Shown here: one piece after another, positions 52,801 to 64,000 of the stretch | Layout of the letters: the number at the start of each line of letters is the position of its first letter | Numbering within the stretch: position 1 is the stretch's first letter | From: Magallana gigas | Taxonomy: Eukaryota | DNA length: 64,000 bases | Direction of reading: 5' to 3' | Assembly: GCF_963853765.1 (NCBI RefSeq) | Contig: NC_088854.1 | Location: forward strand, 5,828,001 to 5,892,000 | Program-made: the position numbers and the translations under genes | Notes under the pieces: generated by a model | Databases searched by the model: none | What the model was told of the DNA's origin: nothing | The model's input: only the letters and a program-made list of their open reading frames with translations

Positions 52801-55800
52801 TTTACAGCAGCTAATGGAGACCGTGCGAGCGCCGCTAATTATTACGTGTTCGCCATAGACGGCGTAAGAAGTGGTGCCTCTATCCAGGCGGAATATATTA
52901 TGAAAGGATGGCCCAGCACAGTGTTTGCTATTGGTACAATAATTTTATGTTAATAAGTATCATGGTGCATGAAATTAAAGATATTTTGTTTGTCATTCTG
53001 AAAGATAGAATTTATTTTCTAAAGATATATTGTTCTGTCATTGTAGATATAAACAGTGGTTATGAAAAAGAGTATAGAAGAACAGCGGGGGATAATAGTC
53101 GATATTTTCATGCATCTTCTTATGCGAATTTATCCGCCATCGAGTCTGACGTCATAGCAGCCATCACGAAATGTCCTGTTCCACAACCAGTGACCACTAC
53201 TGACGGTTCTCTCATGTTCGCCGATGTCTGTAAGTACTAACCAGGGGCGTACATTTATTTGATATGACTGACCATTTGTCTTAATTTCTTTGCATTGATT
53301 TCATTGAAATGTATCATTTGCTTTACAAATGAACTAATGTTAAGTGATTTTACTTCATACTTTTAGCTGCCCCTTGCTTGAACAGTCTGATCTATTTATA
53401 TCCCGAGGACCTAACAGAAGGAAAAGATGGAGGACAAAGTATGTCACATAACTTAAATTTTGTGTTTTTGGTTGTTTGTTTTCATTTTTAGTGAAACATC
53501 AAATAGCTTTAAAAAAAAAAAAAAAACAATATTCTATCGAGAAGTGAAGAAAAAAGATTGATAAATTCAATACATGAATTGAAATGAATGATCAGGCGAT
53601 TATATCATAACATTTTGATCAATTGTTTTCCTTTTAGACACGATGTACTTGATGACTGATTTTGTGTATACCATAACAAGTTGTTCACGCATCACTTCTT
53701 GGGAATTCTCCCATTGGAAATCTGGATACATTGACTTCATGGTTTGGAGGCCAAGTGGTAGTAATTATAAACTGGTGGCTTACAACACTATCTATGTTTC
53801 AGGTAACTGACAAAACAAACTTTTCCTAAATAAGAATCGAATCACTGTCAAATATGTGTCAAATGTCTTCTAGAAGAGATTTATAATTTCTTATCGAGCA
53901 GAATTATAAATAATACAATAAAAAAAACTGCAGGTAAAAATACCACAACATACACGGTGGTTGAGTACGAGAGGATTGCTGTTCTTCATGGTGACCTCAT
54001 TGGGTGGTAAGAAGATTTCCTCAAATTTGGACAGAACGTCAAAAATGATTTTATGTAGTTTCCTTTTTACATTTTTAATATTTTAAAAGGCGTAGTAAAG
54101 GAGATAACTTAGTTACAAGTGGGCCGTGTTTAGGACCATGTGCGGAGGGATACAAAGCGTCACCAAACAATGTTCAAATTGGAGAGGAGTTCGATTGGAC
54201 TAACTCGGGCACGTCGATAAATGGAACTGCATATGCTATTAAAGCATGCCTAGAAGACAGTGAGTCTAGCAATTATGCATATTAAGTTTGAACTGCTTTA
54301 TGTGTTGTTGTTTTTTTTGCAGTGTTAATACTATTCACAGGGAATTTTATCGAAAAAAGCAACGTTGGAAATATGGATATTCAGAGGAAAAATAACAAGG
54401 AAGGACGTCATCTTGGATACTGCCTCGCTTCATCAGCTAATTTCTAATTCAAATTGTAAAACTAAACACATGCGCCGATTCAATATTTTTTTTATTAAAT
54501 GATTCTTCTTTAAGACCTTCTTCCAGTTAATCCTATTTACGTCTATATTTACAAATTTTATCTCATATGCAATACTTTTACCTTTGCCAAAAATGTTTAC
54601 GAGAGATATCAACAAGTTTGTGAATGCATGTGTAAAAAAGAATTAATCCGGATTTGATCATGAGATCTTATAAAAAAATCATTTATATTGGAATATGAAT
54701 TGGGGCATATGTTGGTATTAACAGATTGAATAAAAAAATATACCTGAAGAAGCGTATCGTAGGACATAGTTATTTACCAGTGCAATTTAAAGACAAATTT
54801 TGGCCCTAATTTTAAACAGGTTTTTGTATAACTATCTAACACTTTTTCAACTGTTATCACATTTCGTTATATGCTATATAAGTTATAATAAATTTAATCA
54901 TGAGCATAAACAATTTCCATATTACAGATACAGCAATGGCATTTTCTACACCGACAATCGGCGCAAAGATACCTGACCATTTACCTGCCGGATCTTTTGT
55001 TACGTTACTGGAGCCAGATGGCGCAGACTACGCTGAAGTCGTTAATTATACCGTCTTGCAACACCCTTCGTATCCAAATTCGATGGAATATTTTAATGTT
55101 GGCGAAACATCGGGTATTGATCTTTGTTTAGAATTTTTAATTTATTTGTATTTTGTTCTATTACAAATTGACGGATTTCTTTTTTCTCCAGGCCAAATTA
55201 CAGTGGCTAAAAGGCTTTTGAAAGCCAAAGTGAAGAGTGACTATGCCTTCCTTGTCAGGGCTAAAGATTCTTGTAATACCACTGCAACGGCGACAGTTTC
55301 TATTCAAACACAGAATATGGTAAGTTTAGAGATACTCTAACAATGTTTTTCACACAGCGTCTGAAAGCTAAACGTATTACATTCTCTTTTGTATGAACAT
55401 TTTGCTTTAATTCTTTTAATGCTAGCCCCCTGAAGTCCTTGGTATGCCCAATATTATATCCATAACTGAGGAAACCGAGGGAGATACAGTATTGTATACA
55501 ACAATTGTGGAAGATCCCAGCGGGGATAGCGTTTGTTGTTCATTAGAGAGTACGTTACCCAAGACTAACAATTTCGTGGTTTTCGGCAATGACACAGGAA
55601 TCCGTGTCAATTATTCCATCATGGCCAGCGACGCACCTGCATTTTCTTACAGACAATATAATTCTTACATCGTGAAGTTATGTTGTGACGACGACGAAGA
55701 CAAATCTACAGGAGTACTCATTGTCAACATCAAGAAACCCAACAAAACAACAACGTATGAGCCACCAGGTGAGTCTGTCTTTATTTCCGATGTCGTATCA

Positions 55801-56161
55801 GTAATATTCAGAAATAAAAGAGAAACAAATAATATTAAAAATGTTTTCAAAAATTTGTATTTATTCTAAAAATAATTTGAAATACCGGGACACATCTTAT
55901 CATATTAAATATAATTTATGTAGGTTACCTATATGAACAGGTCATTAGCGTGTCTTTTTATTAAACTGGATGTAGCATAAATACTTAGTAAAGCAGTGTA
56001 CATAATGTACTACTCCTTCTAACAAATTTTATATATATTTTTTTTCAGGGTGGTTCATGATTTCAATAGCAATATCATGTACACCTATTTTCCTCATGGC
56101 TTTGATGGCGTGCGTTGTACTGATCCAAACCATGTTTGTCCCAGAACAAAGAGCTGATTGA
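45024..56161 (+). CDS. 21-exon gene for a ~1,560-aa mosaic type-I membrane protein: SP-SUEL lectin-TSP1-FAMeT-like-CCP-4xVWA-unnamed domain-2x cadherin-like-TM
   Basis: GT-AG exons join in frame: 45024-45103, 46278-46526, 46982-47131, 47433-47876, 48233-48406, 49173-49601, 50078-50242, 50779-51180, 51263-51424, 51633-52070, 52230-52397, 52514-52933, 53047-53229, 53367-53438, 53638-53802, 53934-54006, 54090-54259, 54928-55113, 55192-55319, 55426-55768, 56049-56161 (TGA). Start codon unresolved. Confidence 0.85.
46278..46526 (+). CDS. Exon: SUEL/rhamnose-galactose-binding lectin domain
   Basis: C..ISEG....C.....LQITYA.W.C...C...C.L.A.SSWLGGDPCPGYIKYLEWSYSC; 249 nt, phase 1-1. Confidence 0.85.
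46982..47131 (+). CDS. Exon: thrombospondin type-1 repeat
   Basis: WGSWDSWDPCPGDC....ARRRIC......C...YKSC; 150 nt, phase 1-1; AAG acceptor is weak. Confidence 0.8.
47433..47876 (+). CDS. Exon: farnesoic acid O-methyltransferase-like (Methyltransf_FA) domain
   Basis: FRARANNNLHIALG...HYVIVFG..N..S.LR...FDEFWFSW.G..LRAG.G...ATG.GSSGEWRF; 444 nt, phase 1-1. Confidence 0.8.
48233..48406 (+). CDS. Exon: CCP/sushi domain
   Basis: C......Y.CNSGYKQVAGNTQRTC...G.LSGYPLVC; 174 nt, phase 1-1. Confidence 0.8.
48578..49149. mobile_element. Intronic fold-back element with long imperfect arms and a nested 143-bp hairpin (48795-48937)
   Basis: CATGTTAAATACT...TTTAAACGGAGTTTATAATCCGTTCTATTACCCT mirrored at ~49068-49141; inner ATAAATTGTGCCTGTTTGGGA...TCCCAAACAGGCACAATTTAT. 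Confidence 0.85.
49173..50242 (+). CDS. VWA domain 1 (exons 49173-49601, 50078-50242)
   Basis: CKIDIVFIVEASAH...GVIIYDD...NLAEAL...GNRFTAFRYVVVI...LFTIGI. Confidence 0.8.
50779..51424 (+). CDS. VWA domain 2 (exons 50779-51180, 51263-51424)
   Basis: CELDIVFIVE...IRVGMVLFDS...FRLNSY...GDRTDASNYYVII. Confidence 0.85.
51633..52397 (+). CDS. VWA domain 3 (exons 51633-52070, 52230-52397)
   Basis: CPLDIVFIMED...EFNDMKSF...IKVGVVTY...FPLNQY...GDRSNAANYYILLTGG. Confidence 0.85.
52514..53229 (+). CDS. VWA domain 4 (exons 52514-52933, 53047-53229)
   Basis: CQLDIVFIME...IRIGVVTYDT...GDRASAANYYVFAIDG...VFAIG. Confidence 0.85.
53367..54259 (+). CDS. Unnamed beta-rich extracellular domain (exons 53367-53438, 53638-53802, 53934-54006, 54090-54259)
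   Basis: C..ITSWEF...SGYIDFMVWRPSGSNYKLVAYN...ERIAVLHGDLIGW; exon phases consistent; I cannot assign a named family. Confidence 0.7.
54928..55768 (+). CDS. Two degenerate cadherin-like domains (exons 54928-55113, 55192-55319, 55426-55768)
   Basis: FNVGETSGQITV, LVRAKD, QNMPP, ITEET, VEDPSGD, KLCCDD. Confidence 0.75.
56049..56161 (+). CDS. Last coding exon: TM helix and ~6-10-aa cytoplasmic tail
   Basis: GWFMISIAISCTPIFLMALMACVVLIQTMFVPEQRAD-stop. Confidence 0.8.
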
Positions 56162-56238
56162 CAACTTGTTCCAATATTGTTTTTCAAACAGCAATGTTTC
56201 TATGTTTCTGTATTTACTAGTATTCATTATATCTCTGA

Positions 56239-56248
56239 AATAAATAAA
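56239..56248 (+). terminator. Polyadenylation signal (overlapping AATAAA pair)
   Basis: AATAAATAAA about 80 nt after the TGA. Confidence 0.65.
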
Positions 56249-57326
56249 AACTGTTTCACGTGTCCAATTATTACCGCCATGAAAGAACTAAGTACCTGTG
56301 AATGGTATTTAGCCATGTACTGAAATTAATTCATTATGAATCTGTTGTGAGCAAGTGAATATTAAGACATCAAAAGGACAGAGAAATAACTACTGTTATT
56401 CTGTAATTGCTGCACTTGTGAAAAAAGTCAACCAGCGACACAAATGGAGAGTTTTTCTTAAAAAACATCAATTTTCTATTGAATCTATCATAAAACATTT
56501 AAATAAAGATGTGTATTTGCTCTAAAATCTAAGTGAAAATCTGTGTAATTTTAACAAATTATCAAATGAAAATCTTTCTTTGGATAAACGAGTTGGGTCA
56601 TATGCCATCGCAAACCATGAGAGATATCTCTTTTCTTAATTCTATCTTGTATGTGTCCATATAATATCGTAGGTGTTACCTACAAATGGCACCTCAAACG
56701 TTCGTCTTGCGTTGTATATGCAATAAAGTCAATACTATTTCCTTGCCCCACGATCAGCCACGGCCGCCAGGACTGATAAAATCTGCTTGCATGATCACTA
56801 AACATGCCTGGTCATTGTGACAGAGGCTTCAGACATTGTGTACACTGAACCAAATTTCTAATTGATCACCCACGGTAATGTATTTACTGTGTACATTCAT
56901 TATACATGTATACCCATCAATTTTCCCTATTTGATGCTGCCAATTTTGCAGAGTCTGATTTTTTGGGTCACCACACTGTGGGATTCCGATTCCGTATCAC
57001 TCAAGCTTTGTTCTTTAAATAAAGATGCATGGTCCGATTTTTTGTCTATTACAGTTTTAAATAATTTTCCATAAAAACAAATCATCTTAGAAAGACATTT
57101 TCGCCTATTTAAACCAGCAGTATGGATCTCCTTTCAAAGTTAGAAATTTTCAAAGTAAATAAAAACAGTTTCTTTATGGGTATACAAATAAAAAAAAACA
57201 AAAACAAAAATGCATCATAGGAATGTTAATGAAAGGGAAGGAACCGTTTAGTTTTCGTTCACCGAATATCTGGGTTTCTCACAGCGTCTACACTGCGATT
57301 AGCTGCGTTCCTAGGGCGCGTCGACG

Positions 57327-57556
57327 GAGCTCTCTTGGCGCTGTTGTAGACCATACGGCTCTGTTGTAGACCATACGGCTCTGTCACGGAGCTCTCGTGG
57401 CGCTATTGTAGACCATACGGCTCTGTCACGGAGCTCTCGTGGCGCTGTTGAAGACCAAACGGCTCTGTCACGAGCTCTCGTGGCGCTGTTGTAGACCATA
57501 CGGTTCTGTCACGGAGCTCTCGTGGCGCTGTTGTAGACCATACGGCTCTGTCACGG
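57327..57556. repeat. GC-rich 42-bp minisatellite, ~5.5 copies
   Basis: GAGCTCTCGTGGCGCTGTTGTAGACCATACGGCTCTGTCACG starts at 57389, 57431, ~57472 and ~57514. Confidence 0.85.
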
Positions 57557-58437
57557 CGACCTCCCTCTGTTTCTACTGTGTGATTATCAGAACACAGAGC
57601 CACAGCGAGTACTTAGTGCATAGCATTCTATTATGTTCTAGGCGATCCCACCGTGACAAATGAAGATGCCGTTGCGTCGTTACGCCGCTGTAGGAGGCTC
57701 TTTTGCGTGAACCTTGGCGTTTTACATTATTTAAGTGCGCAGCGGAATCGTCATTAGGAAGCAGCTTCGGTGTGGCAGGGGTTTAAGGTGATGATTGATG
57801 TAGAATAAGTAACATAATTCTACAGTAGAAAAATGTAACGATATAAATGTGAAACATTTAATGCGGTTTAATTTTTTTTCTATTAATTGATAGAAATATG
57901 TCATTGAATTAAATACTTTTTCCGTACGTAAGGTTATTGACGTCTTGTAGTAAATGTGTTGTGCGGCTAACAATTATAATGTTTACAGAAAAGATTGGGG
58001 TTAACGAAATACGTGGAAAACGTGATAAAAAATCTCTCAAGATTTGCGATCGTATATGATTTTTCTCCAACTCGTTGCCAAGGCTCGGGGATAGAAATCG
58101 CACACCTCGTTGGATGAAAATCAGATCCTATATTTATTTGTCTTCTCGTCGGGGTAACTGATTCCCACTTTAAAAAAGTTACAAACGAAGCATTGCCCTT
58201 GATCCCTGGTTCCGTCCCGAAACCTTGACCTCTGTAAATATCACAAACACTTCCAGTTTGGTTGAATTTCGCTCAGATTATTTTGATTGCTTTACGTTGC
58301 CGATGAAAATGACATTACACTTATAGAAGAGAAAAGTTACATCAAAATAACGTTTCCTTTGGATTGCTTAATATTTATAACTATGTCGAGGACCAAATAA
58401 AGAGCAAAAAAGTGAGTACAATCTTTGTTAGAAACAA

Positions 58438-58735
58438 CAGGCACGTAGCATCGGGGGGGGGGGGGGGGGGGGGGGAGGGGGGGCAGGGCCTCCCCCCACT
58501 TTTTTGCGCAGCAAAGATTTTTCTCAAATTTACATACAAAAAAATAGGAAATAACCGGTGAAATTTAAGTTAAAGGTATCCAACCGCCCCCCCCCCCCCT
58601 CCGGATTAGGATTTTCATAATTTTGCAAAGTAACCTTTTTTTTTTTTTTTTTTTATTTTGCTTGTCAAGATTTTTTGGATGAGTACGCCCCCCCCCCCCC
58701 ACACACACACTGTCAAAAACGATGCTACGTGCCTG
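58438..58735. mobile_element. 298-bp MITE with 16-bp TIRs and apparent 5-bp TSD AACAA
   Basis: CAGGCACGTAGCATCG...CGATGCTACGTGCCTG flanked by AACAA on both sides; G/C homopolymer-rich interior. Confidence 0.7.
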
Positions 58736-61700
58736 AACAATGCAGTCATTAATATTCCAACGGCTCTGGCTGTTTTGTTTATCTCTTTAAATTATCACCA
58801 AAGACTAATATCAATCACCAAAAATGCCAATCACATTGAGCACGTGCAGGAAAATACCAATTTCATGTTTTGACGTTTCGTCACGGGTAATTGATTTCAA
58901 TCGGTTTTGTTTATTTTATCTTTTGCTATTGATGAAAAGACATATATCAGTTACGAAATGTTGAAAATTTTTACATTATTTTATTTCGTAATTTTTAAAA
59001 TTATTCTATTTATCAAAATGAACAATTAGAAGTTTTGTTGAGTGTAGATCATATGTCTTAGGTTTTGGATGGATTAGATAGATTAGATTCCTTTTTTTCC
59101 AGCTTAGGAATACCTTTTCTAGAGAATGATTCGAGTTTAGAGAAGTAGTGTTTCGAAGTTTGAAGAACTAAAAAAAAATTAATGTAATAATCTAGTACAT
59201 GAAAATAATCTTTTATATTTCCATGTGGATTGATCAATGGCATGCAACTACTTGCCATGGGTATACATTAGGGCACTTGTTATATTTAAGCTAATTATGG
59301 ATTGAGTTGCGAATAATCAAATCAAAAAACCTGTTGTGATATTCCAGACCAAAAATGGAGTCAAGGGACGTCTTAAAGTTCTCTCTACCCCAGTCTAATT
59401 AAGATTAGATCTTTCATGCTCCTGTATTTAATATGTCGCTGTGACACATCAAAGACAGGAGTGTAAAGGATCTTATTTTAATTAGATTGTCTCTACTCCA
59501 GGATGATTTGAGTGATTATTTATCAACAGTCAGATTGCATTGAACTTGGAGTAAAACACATTCACCATTTCTCGACATACAGATCTATAACTGAAAATTC
59601 ATCTCTGAAATTCCAAAAATATTTTATATAGTCCTTAAACCCGTAAATCAGCAGTGTTCAGTGACAAAATTATGTAAACACCAACATTGAATTGAGTCTT
59701 AATTTATGGATGAACTAATAGGTTTTACTTGTGTTTTAGCTATACTCTGTACTAAGATATCCTGGATTTACATTTTGCTTAATTGCATTATATTTATAAA
59801 CACCTCAGGATTCAAACGATGTTCATTCAAAAGTATGAAAAATTTCCAAGATTTCTTCAGTCAAAACGCGCCTGTTAGCTTATCAGGTTTCAATACAATC
59901 ACAGGGGCCAAGCCCGTTTAAACGTTACATTGAAATTAATGTTAAAACGTGCTTGGTCCTTGTGCGGAGATTTGTATTGCAGCAAGCCCGGATGATAACG
60001 TTGTAAAATTGTGCGATGTATTCCGAATGGAGAAAAGATGTAAACATTCTCCATTAATAATCTCCGTAAGGAATCTGTATTCGTTCCTGTGAATTTTTCC
60101 GAGTGAGAGATGATAATGTGTCAATGAAATTATCTTGGAAATTATCCCTTTCAATCTAACTATTTCAATTGCACTTCTTTCACAGGTGTGTGTCTTTTGA
60201 TTGAAAATCGTCCAAATGAGGTGCATAAATATCTTGGGACAGACTATAAATTAAAATTTAACTGCATGTCAGACTTCCAAAAGAGTCTAGTGACTTTCTT
60301 TTCTACCTGCAAGGTACTGTTTGATAATAAACCTTTTATATGAATAATTGAAGTAGTCAAAAGAAAAATGTTAATATAGACTAGAAAATGCTTTCTTTGA
60401 TGATTCAAACGGTCTTTGAAGGCAGTTGTCTAGTGCAAGAAAAATAAAACTCGGTTAAAGCGAAGTCTGAGGGACCAATTGATTTACTTCATTATATCCG
60501 TTTAACGAATTCGTAATAATAACTATAGCGAATTCACTATATACACGTTTTCTTTTACCAGACTATAATTTTTGTTAATTGAGGCTTAAAATAAAAATAC
60601 ATTACTTTGATACCTTTAATAATCGGATTGTGAATTGAAAATGATTTATGAAAATAAATACATTCAAACCATTATGTTTAATGGTAGCGCAAACTTTTTT
60701 TTTTAACTGTAAAGAAATTCGTTTTAAAAGTTTTAAATTTCGTTATTATTTACCTCTACAGGACTCAAAATGAGTTCGCTATATCCGTAAATTCGTTAAA
60801 TTCGAATTCGTTACAACCGTAAAATTTTACAAAGATTTGTTAAAAATTTTACCGGGGAATAAAAAAACTTAGCTACTCAGTATATCCGAGAATTCGCTTT
60901 ACCCGTGTTCGTAATAAACGTGTTTTACTGTAGTATTATGACTTCGGTTGTCACGTTTTCAAAATTATTGGTGCCAATTTGCGTACGCGTGTACTGGCAA
61001 CTGTTTAGGGTCTTGTTGGGCTGTAATTTGTAACACCGCCTCTTTGTATTAATTAAGAACGTATTTCATTGTTCACATGGGGTTTTATCTTGCTTTAAAT
61101 AGCATATTAAATGTATTGCTATTGTATCGGTACTCGCTGGAGTGTTTAAATTTTTTCAGTCTCAAACGAGGTTATCTGAGAATTTATAGAGATAATCAAG
61201 ATTGTAACATATATATTACCAGAGTAATTATTACGGTCGGGTCTTTAATTATATGTCATGACAACCTTTTATCTTAATCTGAGATCGTCCCATTACCGTG
61301 ATCAAAGTACAAGAACGGATTTTTAATGTCCAGTACCTAGTCCAATGGCGAATACATACATCATTTTAGGAGGCATCACAATTTATTTAGTGATTTTAGT
61401 CCAGCTGACTGGTGAGTTTATTTATTGATTTATATAAAACTCCTTCTTTTTATTATATCGATGTTTTTGGGAAGGGGGGGGGGGGTCTCTGAGGTAACAA
61501 GCTAGAACTAGATGGTTTTTAGAGAATGGGTACCAGGGATTGTAATTAACAGAGGTTTTAGTTTTCCACAAAAAATTTTGTAAAATTATTTAAAAAATTT
61601 CTTTTTACAAATATTGATTCATAAATACAATAAAATATACTCACAAAAATTGTTTTGTTCGTTAAAATTAATTAAAACAAATGAATTTTTATTTCCAAAT

Positions 61701-63185
61701 ATTTCCCTAAATAAACGATATGACATGTTTTTGCATGCAAACAAATTTATTAATTTCCTTTTTTACATCAATTCTTCAGATCCCTTTTTCCCACTTGAGT
61801 TATTTTGGCTTAATTTATTTATATTAATTTCTCGTGTCTACAATTAAACTAAATTTGTCAACAAAATATATAACTCTTTATAAATGATTAATAAAAAAAA
61901 TAAAGACAGTGTTTATTTAAAGGAAATTTCCAAAGATATGCAATTTCAAGGTTTTTTTCTTTTTTGGAAGGCTGTGTGAAGATTACATGTAATATCTTAA
62001 ATATTTCTGCGAATAATAATGCCGGAACTGCAAAATGTTGATACTTTTGCCCTTTTGCTTCGATGAATAAAAATCACTGGAATATGTGTATTATCTGGTG
62101 TATCAAACTGAAAGTAAAAGAGAGTAAACAGGGTACCCTGGCCTCGATAAAATTCCAGTGTTGAATTAGATAATCAAAAGACATACGCTCTAATGGAAAA
62201 TGAAAAATAGGTTCTTTATAGTCATCAGCCATATTATTAGACTACATTTATGACTTTTTGAAGAGCCATCGATAAAGCACATCAAACAATCCAGTATATG
62301 CTTCTCTATCGGGCACAAATATTGCGATGATTCATTCAATAATAATAATAATAATAATTGGATAGAGCAGCATGGCCAATTCTTTGTTAAGGACTAACTT
62401 AAGAAGTTTTAGCATTACGACAAAAATATCCAGATTTACTTCGCCAGCGTGAGGTGACTCTCCTCACGTCATGCTCTATAAAACATATCATCTTCAGAGA
62501 AGACATTTTCTGTTTGTGTATTAATTGAAACTCTGATGCCGTGATATGTTAGTAGGTAAAAACGTTTTCAAAAACAAAACCCAACAAAAACCCGACAATA
62601 AATTTTCTCAAGCATTTGGCTCTAAAAAGAAATCAAGTTATTTTTTTTTTTCATTTAAAGTAAAAGAATGTGTTAAATCATACGAAAGCCCATTGAGCTT
62701 ATTATCGAGAGTAAAATGATGAAATTGTTGCAAATAAACGGGAAAGTTTTCCGAATTGACGCGAAGCGTGGTAGTCGTGTTCAATAGAAATGCGCGTACA
62801 ATGTCTGTGTATTACTTTATTTTGCCTACATACGAAACATTCCCGCTATTTGAATTAATATAGTCTTTTACGTAACGGGTGTGACTTTTTAAAGCGATAC
62901 GGATATATTTAATAATCAAAAGTGTCTGGTAAATGTATAGGTCTTGTTCATGAACAGAAGAAAGTGACAGAAAAATATTCAGATTTAGCCATCAAATACA
63001 AATATTCATATTTTTTTTAGAATATTATTTAATTTATGTTGAAAAAATAATTAAAATATAAAAGTTTTTCCCTTTATTCAAATGTTTTGAAAATTTTTGT
63101 TACCGTTTATATAAAAAAATCACTGTACCGTATATCCTATTGATCCCTATAATATATCACTTTAGTTTCTTGGACAGCTTGTCTA

Positions 63186-63216
<31 letters not shown>

Positions 63217-64000
63217 ATCTCAGAATGATTTATACAGGGTCATTAATTTATTCCCATTATATTAAACTAGATACAAACAGGCCTTCTGCAACCTTACATT
63301 GTTTAAATGGTATGAAGTTTTTGAAACTAGTCTAGTGATTAATTTTTAATTACCTTACATATGAAAAACGACATGTGTATTCTTTTTTTCAATTTACATA
63401 ATACAGTTTATTAATTGTATGTAGTTGTGTAGATTTATACATGTACCTACATGTACAAGCAATATATATATAATGTTCACAAGGGGCTCGTAACATAAAG
63501 CATGCTAAGATTTTGATTTAAGTAGGGTCATAAGTAGGACTTAGGCGGAATCTTAGGACCTGCATAAGTCCTGCTTAAGTATGTCTTAATATACCGTAAC
63601 ATAAAGCAAACTTAGCAATGTCTTAGCTAAGTCATGTTTATTTTAAAAAGTATAAACGTATTTTTCATTTCTTTTGTCGAATTTGGATGTATTGGTAATA
63701 AAATCATATTTTTATAGATACACGTGCATGACATCTTTGATATTAGATGGGGGTAGATGTAATTAAATTTTACATACACAACATTAAAGGTGGCATGAGT
63801 ATATATACGTTTGTACCAAACATAACTCAAAGCGATGGATCTCGGGCAATATATTCAGGTTATTGTTGTTGCTTCTGTTTTGACGAATATTCACTATTTT
63901 AGTCGTTCTCGAAGACTGCCTGTGGGGTAATATCATGAGGCCGTAAGAACTTGATATAATTATATAGTGAATTTCTTTTTATCTTTTGTTTTACATCTTA

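Noticed and set aside
57327-57556. Regular 42-bp repeats as a CRISPR array
   Set aside because: Units are contiguous with no unique spacers, there are no cas genes, and the context is eukaryotic.
1-64000. tRNA, rRNA or snRNA genes
   Set aside because: No convincing cloverleaf or conserved RNA-gene sequence seen by eye; tRNAscan-SE/Infernal not run.

Overview
Eukaryotic, AT-rich genomic DNA, most likely an oyster (Crassostrea/Magallana), judged from Cg170-like satellite monomers inside pearl/Helentron-type elements. There is no sign of prokaryotic organisation or CRISPR. Bases 1-33,000 are essentially a transposon graveyard: an internally deleted Gypsy LTR element, a 4.6-kb element with ~1-kb TIRs and a 6-bp TSD (IS3EU-like), Helentron-type elements, MITEs, a Penelope-like RT fragment, a decayed Ngaro/DIRS tyrosine-recombinase retrotransposon with an SGNH ORF, a 5'-truncated LINE and several fold-back palindrome families. 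Two host genes are supported. One is a minus-strand CD225/dispanin gene with a single coding exon (35165-35629). The other is a plus-strand 21-exon gene (about 45024-56161, about 1,560 aa) that I reconstructed by hand from GT-AG sites and phase continuity. It encodes a mosaic type-I membrane protein: signal-like segment, SUEL/rhamnose-type lectin, TSP1, FAMeT-like domain, CCP, four MIDAS-less VWA domains, an unnamed beta-rich domain, two cadherin-like domains, a TM helix and a tiny tail. This protein is the best candidate for an undescribed system. All calls are from manual reading; no searches or alignments were run and repeat boundaries are approximate.
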